Of a stretch of 64,000 nt of DNA, positions 13,214 to 26,044 are shown in pieces. Each line of letters opens with the position of its first letter. Position 1 is the first letter of the stretch. Location of the stretch: assembly GCA_903813345.2 (NCBI GenBank), contig CAIIXF020000001.1:2914001-2978000 (forward strand), read 5' to 3'. This DNA is from Owenia fusiformis (lineage: Eukaryota). The notes below the pieces were generated by a model. That model was not told the origin of the DNA. It ran no database searches and saw nothing but the letters and a program-made list of their open reading frames with translations. The position numbers and the translations under genes were made by a program.

Positions 13214-14271
13214 CGAGGCCCGATCAGAAAGTAAGTAACCAACTGCTCTCATTTTTTCATACTTCATTCAATCACACTGAAATTTTCACAGATGATGTAG
13301 AAAATATTAACCTATTAAAGAAGACCAAGGACAATGGGTTAGCGTCAATGTCATTGTTATGGCTGTTGCTATGGTGATTATTGTTTTGGGTAGGTGGGCA
13401 CCCTTTTGTAAGCGGCTTTGGAAGATGGTTTGTAGAGTTTTTTACATGCTGTATTCCTCCAAATGACCTAACGTTTTTTATGTAAGACTGAATAATTTGT
13501 TCTATGTATTATCACAATGGTAAAAAATAAATAAATAAATAAAAAAATAAAACTCCATTGTCTCATTTATAAGTCATCAACACAAAGATATCAAGGGTGT
13601 ATCTATCATAATGATGGTCATGATTCAGTCACAGTTTCAATCCAGTCAAATGTTTTTGAAGGGGGACTTTACTGCCATGATGACAATGGTCCACCTCCAC
13701 AGAATCAACATCACCGAAGATACAGTAGATTAAAGCATTTTTCATGGCCACACAACTACCCCAGGCTCACTATTCCCCAGACCTGGCCCCACGTGACTAA
13801 ATTATTTCCAAATGCAAAGATGTTGTAACGGAGAGTCCTTTTGGACAGCAATAAGACCATCATTAAAGCTTTCAATGGCAGTTTGCAGTCATTGAATGGT
13901 GCCATGTTGCACTTCTTTAAGGACGGGGTGAAACATTGCCTCAACTGCATTGACTTTGGTGGCGATTAATTTGAAGGACTATGTGTTAAAATGTAGTCTT
14001 ACATTTGAATTTGATATATTTGGAGGTATTAAAACGTATAGAAAAACTGTACAAATTATCTTCAAACGCCACTTAAAACAGGGTGCCCCGCCTACCGAAA
14101 ACAATTGTCACCATAGCAACAGCAATAACAATGGAATTGACGCTAACCCATTGTCCTTGGTCTTTTTTAATAGGGTAATATTTTCTCCATCATCTGTGAA
14201 AATTTGAATGTGATTGAATAAAGTATGAAGAAATGAGAGCAGTTGGTTACTTACTTTCTGATCGGGCCTCG
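13214..14271. mobile_element. Non-autonomous mariner/Tc1-type element (1058 bp)
   Basis: TA-CGAGGCCCGATCAGAAAGTAAG...CTTACTTTCTGATCGGGCCTCG-TA; imperfect TIRs of ~230 bp; no intact transposase. Confidence 0.85.
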
Positions 14272-17200
14272 TACTATGTCCCGATCTCATGTATATTTAC
14301 GTTGCAAACAGTGAAAATAATACTAAAAAGGCCGCCTGTTGATGCTTTGAGGTGTCATCAATTGTTATTTAATCCAAATAAAGTAAACATTATTTAGTAG
14401 ATTTAGACATGGGCTTTCAGGTCGTAAATGCATTTTAGTCATTAAATTAACAAGAACGCTAGATTATACGTGTTACTAGGGTATCAAATTGAAATAAAAT
14501 AACGAAATTAAATATAAATACGTAAGTGATAAATGACTATTGGCTATCAGGATTAATTACTATCCGCTATTCAGAATAATTAAAATTGCGTGAACGTCAT
14601 GTAAAGAATCTTTGTATATAACCCCTTGAATGGTCTAATTCACTACCGTCCTCAAAAACCGATCATTTAAAATAGTTTGTTCAAAATACCATCATGCCAC
14701 GACATTTTGTTCTTCACGATTTGCTGTAGAGGTGATATGACGTCGTATTTCTCTATTATTGTAAAAAACTAATACCAGATCGATGTAGTCTTATATGACG
14801 TGTTGAATGTCAGATGTTTTTGGATGGTATCTGCTCCAGTGATTTTACATTTAATCATGAAACGCTCATCACAAGACACCTCGAAACAAACATTATCCTC
14901 CTTGTGACAAGAGGAAAAATGTTTCACAATATGTTATGCCTTACGGCAAAGTAAAGATACATTTCTGGGACGACTATTTTGCATCTTAAGATTTTAGAAA
15001 GACAATTAATTCAGAATTAATTCACAAAAGTACAGTTGAATAACATACTGGAAAACGTATCCACATATAACACGATGACAAGCAGTTTAAATAACAGTTT
15101 ACTGGGGTTTTGTTACATATCAATGTAACATTTTCGAAGGGAAACTTACATGCTCCCTGTACGTTGACAGATTTACTGAAATGTATCGTGTATTGCATTA
15201 AGTTTTGCTTCACTGCGCCCACTATTATCTATCTTTGCCTATAGTGGTTTTTTGCCAACAATATTCTACAAACTGCTTGATGAATTAATTCTATGTCTGG
15301 TAGAACACTAAAAATAAATGTAAAATGTATTTTACGTTCAGAAATATGGAATTAAACCCACGTCCTCCATTTGCAACTTAGCTGTACCCTGTCTCCCTTT
15401 TAAACGTGGTCACGTGGTAGGGTAGTGTGATCATGTTTTTACGTCGACGGGATGATTACCAATGATTTTATCTTTTGTAATATACTTGGCCTTATTTTGA
15501 CTCAGATAATACGATTGACAACGGCGGAACAAAAATTTACATTTATTACATAAATGCACAATTAGTGTACAGTTTGTTATCTTATTTTCTTGTACCATCC
15601 TTTTAGGACCCCAATTTGTTCTCCCTCAAAAACCTTTTTATTTTTGATGACACATTGATAACATAATTTTGATGCACTTATGTATTCTTAAAACTCTAAT
15701 TTTGAAAACGGTGATTATTAAATGAAACATAAATTAATGTAATGTGAATATTCATTCTCGAGTATTTGAAGGTATACGTTTTTGAAAACTTGTGTGAACA
15801 AATCTAGATTTTATGCTGTATCACGATCTTTTGATATTAAAGTCAGTATTAGCTAATACCGGAAGAATTATTGTAACTAACCCTTCGTGTCTATTGTTAA
15901 ATTGTATGTAGGTCAATGTAGTTAATTTGGTTAAGGCATACGTTAGCATTTACAGTCATACATTGAATAGTCCTTATCGTAGATTATGATGCTTAACTAT
16001 ATTGCAAGAAATTGATTTATAAAACTTCTAAGAAAATCATAAATAGCTTACTTTCAGAAGGCCAAAATCAATTTCCAATGTATTGCAATAAACTCTAAGC
16101 AAGAGTACATCTTTTCAATGCATTGATAAATCGAATAACGAATTCAAGATACTTTGTGGCGAAATAAATCCCATTTTATTGATCTCATTTGAAATGATCT
16201 CGAAGTCACTCTTCGAATCAAACATGTCTTTTATGTTGTACGGGATTTGAATATCATACTAGAGATGTCAAGTTTATCCAGGTTTCCAACTGAGTATAAA
16301 AAGGTATCATTTAAGATCTTGTTTCACTGCTATAGTAGCTATGGAAAGAATTGAGCCCTCTGTTGGACCGAGGATGTAAACATGATCTGTTACTTATAAA
16401 TTTGGAGATATTCAGAATATCTATTAGCTTGCACCATTGATGAGTTTGTTGTAAACATTCTCCTCTTTGAATATTAGGCCCTGGGTATTCAAGTGACAGA
16501 TTCCCTCCAAAAGCCAAATCATCGACTTAAGTTGTATATCTGCGGAAGTTTGAAAAATATTAGAGCATTCATATGTATTCATCCATTAATAATAATTTGT
16601 TTATTTTTTTGAAATGTTATTCATGCTAATTTTAGTACAATGTGTTATAATTATTTATGACAAGGCAATGGCATAATCATTTGTGGCATAACATCGTTCA
16701 CATATATTTGCCTACCATCACTGTGACTTCAACAAAAACATTCCTCTTGAAATTCAAACTTTGCATCAAGCTGGTTGGGTAAGCGTAAGTTGCAAAGGGG
16801 AATGAACAGACTGAAGGTATGCGGTGTTTCTTTATTGGTATGAGTTTCTGAGAATTATACAGTGTAAGTAGCGATTGGTTCACAAATGTGCTCTGAAATG
16901 GAAAATCCTTTTCAGATTGTAGATTTTGACTAAATGAACCATTTCACGCGATCAGTATTGCCCAAGGATAAGCAAATCCACGCAAGCCATGGGAGGTCAA
17001 AATATAAGCCATAAATTCAATAAACAATAAATAGCCACTATGAATTCTTCTTGGTAATTCTGTTTTTAGTTTTAAGATTAAACCAGATGTGTTTATAGAA
17101 TTTGACCAAAGCCCATGCTGGTGTTTCAGTTTAACGAGTTTTACCACGGTTTGCTTTTGCAAATGTCCTAATGTTTGTTCGTTTATAAGTCGATCGTTCT

Positions 17201-17534
17201 GCCAATTTGCATTGTTTTAGATTTTTGAACTTGAAATCATTGTGTTTTGCAAAGCCATTAGTAACTTACAGCACAAATAATACTTTCCGATCGATCAGAT
17301 TCAGTAAAACAAACGTGCAGAACAAGGATCACATGCTTTACTACTTATATTCCAAAAGTCAATAACAATTTCAATGAAACTGAATTGCTATGTTTAATCT
17401 TTAAGACCCGACTACTTGTTTCCTGGTCGCATGCGACAATCAATTGATTCATCACTGATTATGTTTGAATATGGAAGCAATGATGAGTTCGATTGTAATG
17501 ACAGAACCTCATGATCACGTGATGAATTACAGTA

Positions 17535-17740
17535 TAGGGTATACCAAAAATGCAACCCATCCTAACAATGCAATGGAGCAGATTCTTAAGATGCATGGCC
17601 AGTGAATTGGGCCCATACACAAGCTACAGTTAACTTAATAACATTGAATGAAGCTTAATTATGCCAAAATGGATGTGCCGTTTAACTCTATAGGTTAAAA
17701 AGTTATACATATTGTGGGTTGTATTTTTTGGTATACCCTG
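17535..17740. mobile_element. Tc1/mariner-type MITE (~206 bp)
   Basis: TA-(T)AGGGTATACCAAAAATGCAACCC ... GGGTTGTATTTTTTGGTATACCCTG-TA. Confidence 0.7.
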
Positions 17741-19431
17741 TACCCTGTATACCCTGCTCTTAGCGTTTCAAGTATAGTGCTGCTTTGTCTGACCTTTGTT
17801 CTCTGCCGAATCTTACTCCCACTTATGCATTTCAAAATCAAGTACTTAGAGTACTTAGTACCTCAATTAATTATAACTTAATGGAATCATGTCCTTATTG
17901 TAGTCAGTGACTATTGATTTCGTTATGGAATTGCTACTTTGTATTCGTTCACTTAATATTTGAATGATATCTATTGACCAGGTAAAAGTTTAATAGTAAT
18001 GCACAATAGGTACTTACAGATTCGGTGGTAATTAAACATGAATAATAAGTTTCCTTTCTATATTCGATATTATTTACTCTGTGGAAAGTCGTTCTTGAAC
18101 TTGAACCAGCACGAGAATTAGCACGAGGAAAATATGTAAGCAATGACCAGAGAGAAGACAAGAAGCAATGGCGCAGAAAAAGAATGGTCATAAAAATACT
18201 CCAGCATACGAAGAAACTGTGTCAAATCAACCCATTCAAGAATTCCCTTAGTGTTATCACACTCCAAAACCACAAGACCGGCCATGGAAAATTTCTGTGT
18301 TGAAAAGCAAAAAAACTCATGAAGTTATGCCAGTCAAACACAAATAGCCTAAAGACATTCGTTCAACATAAAGTATCCAAAATAACAATACGCATGTTAA
18401 TGTAAAATCAAAAATAATTTATTTAATAATCTTTCATTTCATTCTGTGATGCCCAAGGACCAGTCTCCACGAACCTGAAGAAAATGAACACATGGTGGCT
18501 TACATATAACGCCTTTAGTTGCAAAATAGAGGCCCTTGCCACTAGAGTACATAAATGGAAGATTCAATTCCATTTCTTCAAGTCCGTGTAGACTAGTATC
18601 ATATACATTTGAAAGACATATGATCATTATGAATATGAGATTGCTGTACAAAGAATTATCTCCTTTGGTTTGGTTTTCTTTTTCGGTTGGCGACATAATA
18701 AAAGAACATCAACTTAGAATCACATACTTACACTATAAAGTCTCTAAGTGAGTCTATGATAGAATGCAATAGTTATACATTCGAACTTGGCCATTATATT
18801 TGATCATCTATAAAATTCGACTTTATATGGTTGAATTTCATGACTCAAGTCGGATTTGTTCATTGCGCCTTCCTTCAACAATATAAAACATGATATATCA
18901 CTTCATAAAAAAAGATATTCATGTCAATAGAATATAAAAATATTAAGAAAAACATCTATCATTGAATTTGTACATGCAATTTTCATATACACGAGAAGTA
19001 TCTTATAAACAGCATATCTATATAAAATGTCAATACAATCGTACACTTAATTAAAACGATGATAAACTAGCATTCAGTATAATGGACAATGGCGTGTTCT
19101 GATAACCTATCACAATCTCTCAATTTGTGTACAGACACTTCAAATGATTTGAAACATGCTATTTCTTATCCGATGATAGTTAAAACTAGTTTTGTTATAC
19201 ATTAACCCATTGTTTGGTTGTATTCTATAACAAACTATTTACATTTTTAAGACAATGTTTACATATTAAAGATAAATTAATATGTACACAGAACATCTGA
19301 TTGCCAAAGCGCAAACTCATCTATTAATTGTAAGATTTGCATATAAAGACCTATGGCGTCCATTACGTTTCACCCTCATTACTATAGGTGATCTTACATT
19401 AACTTTGGTCGCCATATTGAGCAAATCTGGG

Positions 19432-20532
19432 TCAGGTCTTTTCTTCATATACAACATGAATTGCCGTATCTGTCTGTTGCTTCTCTTCATAATCTATAGG
19501 GATTTCGGGAGGTGTCTCAACGCCTCGATCAACTCCCATGAGCCATGTAATAATCCTATCATCATATTCCCCGTCATCTGATCCAATATAGTCTGATTGA
19601 GAATCGTTTGACAATTGTCTTGAAACCTTAGTGGTTTCTCTGTGAAATTTTTCAAGTTGTTTTTTATTTAGTCCATTGGATGTAGAAGGCCGTTTTGGAA
19701 TTGGTGGTTTCTTGTCCATAACATTCGCTGTATATTCAGCGTTTATTTGCTTCTCCTCGTTGATTGCTTTTGGTGACACCGAATCAGTACTATGGCTCAT
19801 TTTTCTGTCACCAAGGTTTTGGTCAGAATAATTCCGCCTTATTTTATTCTTGTTAATGTCTGATGGTCTCGCTTTATTCTTACTCGTCACTGCACGTTTT
19901 ACCCCCTCGCCGTCCTTACCGATTGAAGTAAGGCTAAAATGTCTGACCCTTCCAGGTGATATAACAGGGGGCTCATTCGGGTCCTCATGAGTAAAGGTGG
20001 TTTCTTGGCACGTTACATTGCGTTTTGTTTCGAACAAAGTTTCTAATTTTTGATTTGGAGAAGGTCTTGATTCAGCGCACCATGAATTTGATTTGTGCAA
20101 TACCCGTCCTGGTGTCGCTTTATCAGCGTTTCTGACCCGATTTGAAAGTCTAGGTGTCCCATTTGTACTAGAATTAGATGATGCCACCGAATTATTACTT
20201 TGCATGCTCTTTGGACTGGCTAATGGAGAAGTTCTTTTACCAGTGTCGTCTCTTATACATTTCATGTCCAGAGAGATCTGTTCTGATCGTTCTGATGTTT
20301 TAATTTTTATTGGCAGTTTCGTGGGTAATCCAGGGACTGCAAGCATTATTTTCTGTTGAGATCGTGGTGTTAGTACTCTAGGAGTCCCCAGGTAGCTTAT
20401 TGGGCTGGGGTCTCGAGCCGATCGTGGCGTAACGGAACCATTGCTACTTGATTTCCCGTAGCCCCTAGGCGACTGACTCGCCAGAGAAGGATTTCCAATG
20501 GGAGGTAACTCACTCATGTTATTCCGCACCAT
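19432..20532 (-). CDS. Intronless 366-aa Ser/Pro/Lys/Arg-rich, probably disordered protein of unknown function
   Basis: Long ATG-started ORF in AT-rich DNA; many SP/TP sites; short ordered-looking C-terminus (YDDRIITWLMGV...TDTAIHVVYEE). Confidence 0.75.
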   Translation of the reverse strand: MVRNNMSELPPIGNPSLASQSPRGYGKSSSNGSVTPRSARDPSPISYLGTPRVLTPRSQQKIMLAVPGLPTKLPIKIKTSERSEQISLDMKCIRDDTGKRTSPLASPKSMQSNNSVASSNSSTNGTPRLSNRVRNADKATPGRVLHKSNSWCAESRPSPNQKLETLFETKRNVTCQETTFTHEDPNEPPVISPGRVRHFSLTSIGKDGEGVKRAVTSKNKARPSDINKNKIRRNYSDQNLGDRKMSHSTDSVSPKAINEEKQINAEYTANVMDKKPPIPKRPSTSNGLNKKQLEKFHRETTKVSRQLSNDSQSDYIGSDDGEYDDRIITWLMGVDRGVETPPEIPIDYEEKQQTDTAIHVVYEEKT

Positions 20533-23404
20533 GGTCGCATTTTATTGCATTTTGTTTTAGTCTTGTGTGCTCAGTCAACTCAAAGTTCCTTTGTGAAAAG
20601 TATAAACGATATAGACTCTATAGATTTTTAATTGCCTACGTACGTCAGTATCCACTTAACGTTCCTTATATCGAATATTATATAAGTGTAAACACTAGCT
20701 GTCTATTTTTGTATCGCCTTTAGTTGTTTACACCAGTCGTACTTGGAAATAATTTAAAAGTCACGTAGTTTCGTTGAATTTTTGTTCTGAATAGTGATCA
20801 TTGTTACTAAGACATCAATAACTATAATCCATCATTAGAAATGTCCCAACAAATCTGTTCTTGATTTCTTAGCAGCCGATAAAATATTTCGATAATCCAA
20901 CAGCTTACTTTTGAGATCCTGATTTATCGCTACTTTTAGTGTTTAAGATAAGGTAACACCAACGAATGTATTCTCATCGGCGATCATCGATAATTTAATA
21001 TTTGTTTGAAGGTCGAGAGGCATTGTTTTTCAAGTGCAAATCAAAAACTCTGACCGTTACATACACTCCTATTGTTTCACAAATCCACGGCATTAAGCCT
21101 GGCTCTTGAACCGAGTTAGTTTTTTACGGACCATTTTAACACTTTCATTTGCGTCCACTCACACATCAAACAGGTTACAGACGTTCAACTTAATATTTCC
21201 ACTTTCTCCATTGTGTGTATTCCATTGTATGTATAAGACAGTTAAAAGCGTCTGAGCTCTCGCAAGTGTTTTCCTTTCTAATTTTAACTTGAAATTCCTA
21301 ACTTAGTATCGGGTAGCCCGATCCTTAGACAAGAGACTGATCTACTCTTCACACTTTCACTGCTCTCAAGAGCTCTGTCAATCCAATACTACAATAGTGG
21401 AGCGAAAGAGTGTTGTGCGCATGCGCTAGAACAATCACTCAGACTGCTCATGTTCTGCAATGAAATGGAAACCATCATTTTAACAATAGAAGTATTACTT
21501 AAAGCAGGTGCCCTTAGCCTTCTTAACAAGATTGGTTTCGTGTTGCGTTCTCATACGTACAATAGCGATTGTGTTCGGGCCTATTTACCAAAATTAAGCT
21601 TTAGCTCATTTCGTGGGACATTGTGGAAAGAACTTATAGAGTAAACGTTTTTGAAATGAATTGAATGCTTAATGAAATTATTCTTTGATTAAGATATGAA
21701 GAAAAGTAAGTCAATGCTCAATAAATCATGTCATGATCAATATATCGTAATATATACGGTCTGTAAGTTTGGGATGATTTCTTTCAATCTCAATGTCAAT
21801 GTATCTTTCACAATGTGGTCAACAACCGGATTCAGCTATTCAATGATACGATTGTTTATCTTCATGTTTACAGATGTTCGATATTAATCAATATTTACAT
21901 TGGGTATTTAATATTATTTACCAATGACGGGGCAAAAATAAATGACCTGACCCTGAGTATTTGTGTTACCCGGGGCGCTTGTCTTGACTATATACACAAT
22001 GACATCAAATACAGACATTAGTTTATAACTTTTCAAGATCAGCCATCGTCTTTTAAAGTCACCTGTCTATATCGATTGGGTGGAACTATCTAAGATCAAC
22101 AGATATCAACATCAGGTAATACTTACATGTATATGGTCTCTTACAACATCACATAATAAACCCGCATGTTGCTTGATATAATTCCCAATCTATACATTTT
22201 TGAGTGGATTAAAGTGGAGATTATTGTGATAATCCGACTTGATCTCCGTCTAAAGGACCCCCCCCGCCCTGTTAATACACGTAACATTTTCTACATTTGA
22301 AATTTTACATTATCTCATTCTTTGAAATTCGGAATGATTGTTACCATTAATGTGAATGTTTGTACCAATGTTTTGGAAGCCATATTTGTCTACATAATAT
22401 TATTAGAATATTTATTATACCATTAGCGCCACATCAATGGCAAACGCCTTGACCACTGGCACTAACAGGGGTTTAATGTGTATACAGTCCATTCGAAGGC
22501 CGTAGGCTCGCATCCATTGTGACACAATGTCCGTAATCAGCAAACTGTCAATATTTTCCTCGATATGAATATGGATTTCTGAAGTTTACAGTGACCTTAG
22601 AAGAAATTGTTTCGAACTGTAAAATCGTTATGTTGCTAACGTTCTATTGAAACGAAATTCCTGCGTAATTTGATAAGTTATAATTTAATCTACATTCTGA
22701 AAAACAAACTCAGGTACCTTTTTGTATACTTAATATATCATCAATCAATCTATCAACTGTCGTGATAACGTATTTGAAAATGTCAAACCGATCACGGTTC
22801 CACTCCATAAAGAACATACATTCATGGTCACTGATCATGAAATACATCTCACAAAATAACCCAACCATCTAAGAGTAAATGACATCAACTTTTTCCATCC
22901 ATACTCGTTTACCAGGTTTGATATATTGGTAATCCAAGTTAATGGATAGCACATGTATCATGGAAATCGTTACCTAAAACACATTAAGAAGTTTAAACAC
23001 AGCTTGGCCGTCAATAGAATATATTTGAGAAGGTTGTATACTAATCAATGATTTTTCCCGGGGATGAAGAAAATAATCATATTTTTGCCATAATCGATCG
23101 TTCTTCTCTCCACTTTGCGGCTTAGTTTTGTCAATCAAGTAATCATCTTATATGTTCAATGTCAAACTTAACAGACTATTTTCCAGTTCATCGCCAGTCT
23201 AATTTGTGTTTTTCGTGTTTGCCTTTGTGTTTTCTCTGGAAGACATTATTCTCTTTCTTCTCTACATGGAAGTACATTCAAGCATTAAGGGTTTATCTCA
23301 GCGGGGTTCATTGTGTTTTTAATATATATGATCAGATTATCCGATTACATTCGGCCGATTAACATTCAGTTTGACAATAAATGTTGACCTCCATGAGGTC
23401 TCAA

Positions 23405-23510
23405 TCACATTTGATCTACGGCAACTTTGGGATAAGCCTTACGATGTAGATTTTCTACATCGATTTTGTGAAGTTTCGGCAACCGTACGACCGCCGTAGA
23501 CCAAATGTGA
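23405..23510. mobile_element. Small degenerate hairpin MITE
   Basis: TCACATTTGATCTACGGC ... GCCGTAGACCAAATGTGA inverted pair. Confidence 0.5.
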
Positions 23511-25509
23511 CCGAAGATTAGGTTACACGCGCATATACTTTTCAAAGGAACATTGTCTATCATCATGGTCAAAAATGCAAGTTTCTCAAATCGTATAATG
23601 AAACCTGAAGGGAAAAGGAAGAAAATTGTTTCCTCATTATAAAAAAACAAGAGACACCCAAACAAACAAATCAAGCAATGCAAAATAATGTCTTAGTTTG
23701 ATAGTCGTACGACGAAGTTAGATTGTTGACCGGAGTGGGCGCCAGTCCTCCAGTCAGTCTATGTGCGGGCATCGACATAAACAGTTAACACCACAATACG
23801 TGATGATTCAGTGTTATGAACGTGTCGCAGTTGGGCAATGTGCACGAACGGCTACGTGATATTTGATAAAAACAATTCAATGTCACTTGTTAGGTTGCTC
23901 AGTACAGAGCAGTGCCTGGGTGCGGATCAATAGTAACTCTATAGTTCTATTTGTTCACTATTTCTTTACCCTACCCTGAAGATATTCTTGACAGCTCTTT
24001 TATTTTTTGTCAATAGAAAGTAAAGAAGTCTTGCTTTTTTCTGTATAGAGCGTTTATAGAAGCAAATTCCTTTTTAAATCACAATGACTTCATCAGCTGT
24101 TGATATTGATTCAAGGAGTTGTAAAAGGAATCGAAGTGTCATTTACCTACCTTGCATTTGTATGTAAAAGTACTTACAGTGAACTTGATTATTCCAATAT
24201 TTCTACCTTTAAAGATGAGAACATTTTTGAATCAGTTGTAACAGTTACTCTAAGTGATCAAAAGACTGTATTTGTTTCTAGCCCATATCCCGCGAGATGT
24301 CATGAACGAAGGCTATACGATCCAAGGCAAACATTCCAGCATCATGGCAAAATGAAAAAAAACATTACAAATTCATTTTTATGAAAACTTGCATCAGGTT
24401 GGTGACAAGCACCCTCAACAAATTCATTTTGAAAAGATATCATTACAACAGAGACCAGCACTAGTTTTAATACCATGTCTGATGTCATTTAGTCGTCGGC
24501 GTAACAGAAGAATATGAATAGCCAATGTTTTAGTTTCAATTTTTTATATTTATCATTATGTAATTGTTAAAATTGGGACCGTCATGGAAAAACAGAAAAT
24601 GCCTTCGCCAAGGACTAGTGTAATGTTTGAATGGAATACAAAACCTTTATTTACATAATGGCACTGCAACAAACGAAAACTATTAAAGATTAAGCAAAGT
24701 TAATGAATGTCAGTTAAAACTATTTAAGAATTGATCGTTATTTTAAAGGCAATTTATAATCGCATGTCATCTGCCACGATGCGATTAAGGCACTGTGTAA
24801 AAATACATATTGTTGTATTTTCCACATCCGAATCGATTCTTTCAATGTATGGTGTCGAAACATCATGTTTATTGACCAACTCGGTGCAACTTTTATATGT
24901 GAAACTTTCACAGGATATTGGATATGTGTATAAGTAGTTCTTAGACAACGTAGGGGACAATTTACAACCACCTAAAGCTAAGTTCCCCGCTAAGTTCACA
25001 TTCCATTTCTTTGTTTCACCGTATTTGTGATCAATTACATATCAACATTTCTTGTGTCATTTGGTTATCAGTTGGTTTGAGTATTTGATGTCATTGGCAG
25101 AAGATGGATGACCCGGTGCTAGCAAACCTCTAAAGGATGCTGAACTTTTTTTCATAATTTTTCGGACACATTTTAATCCGACACAGATCAATCAAGTCAA
25201 ATGTACATGTATGTTACGTAATCAACATCCGGGAAACTCTAAATTGATAAGAAGGTATCAGGATGTGAGGGTTCAACATCAAATTATGTACTAACTTATC
25301 ATGATTCTTTAAGTAAAAATCTAAGTGTATTGGTAAATATTGAAACAACCGGTCAATGGTGCGTGCAATCAAAGCTTTCAAAAGAAAGTATACAACTGGT
25401 ATTTTTTATCTGTAAATATTTGTGTCGTATGTTTATGTATTTTAGCTGATAAATCTATTATGTCTGTGTATGTCTGTGTTTGTAAAGGTACAAAAAGACT
25501 AGCTACGAT

Positions 25510-25655
25510 TAATGCCCTGGTCACATTTGCTCCAATCCATCGGCCAGCGCCCGCCCGATTGAGTGTTTTGTTCAATATTGCATTCAATTTTGAACAAAAT
25601 ACTCAATCGGCCGGGCGCCGTAGTGAAAATCGGTGCAAATGTGACCAGGGCATTA
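25510..25655. mobile_element. ~146-bp palindromic MITE, PIF/Harbinger-like
   Basis: TAATGCCCTGGTCACATTTGC...GCAAATGTGACCAGGGCATTA, self-complementary throughout, TWA-type flanks. Confidence 0.7.
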
Positions 25656-26044
25656 GGAGTGTCTAGAATATTTTCCCAATTTCGCAAATTTTCTTTTGCC
25701 CACAGAACTTCATATCATGGATATTTAAAAAACAAACTTCATTTCAGTCTTCATTTCATGTTAATTCTTCGCCTTTAAGGTTATGTGACAATAATTCTGA
25801 AAAGACGGACATCCCCTTTTAAATTCTAATATATTTTATTAGATATTAAAATTCTCCCGGGATAAGAACGGTAGAATTTTGGTACTGCCAGAGCATATTA
25901 ATATATCAATGACCACATTACAAAGGGCAACACAGTGAAATTTTGGCCCATGGGCTGAGGCGAATAATGTCCACTGTGGCTCCATCTATTGCTCCAGCCA
26001 ATATAGTTACTTATTTGCATAACAACAATATCCACTATATAATG

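Noticed and set aside
13640-13950. Mariner transposase remnant
   Set aside because: No recognisable HTH or DD34D motif in the frames I read
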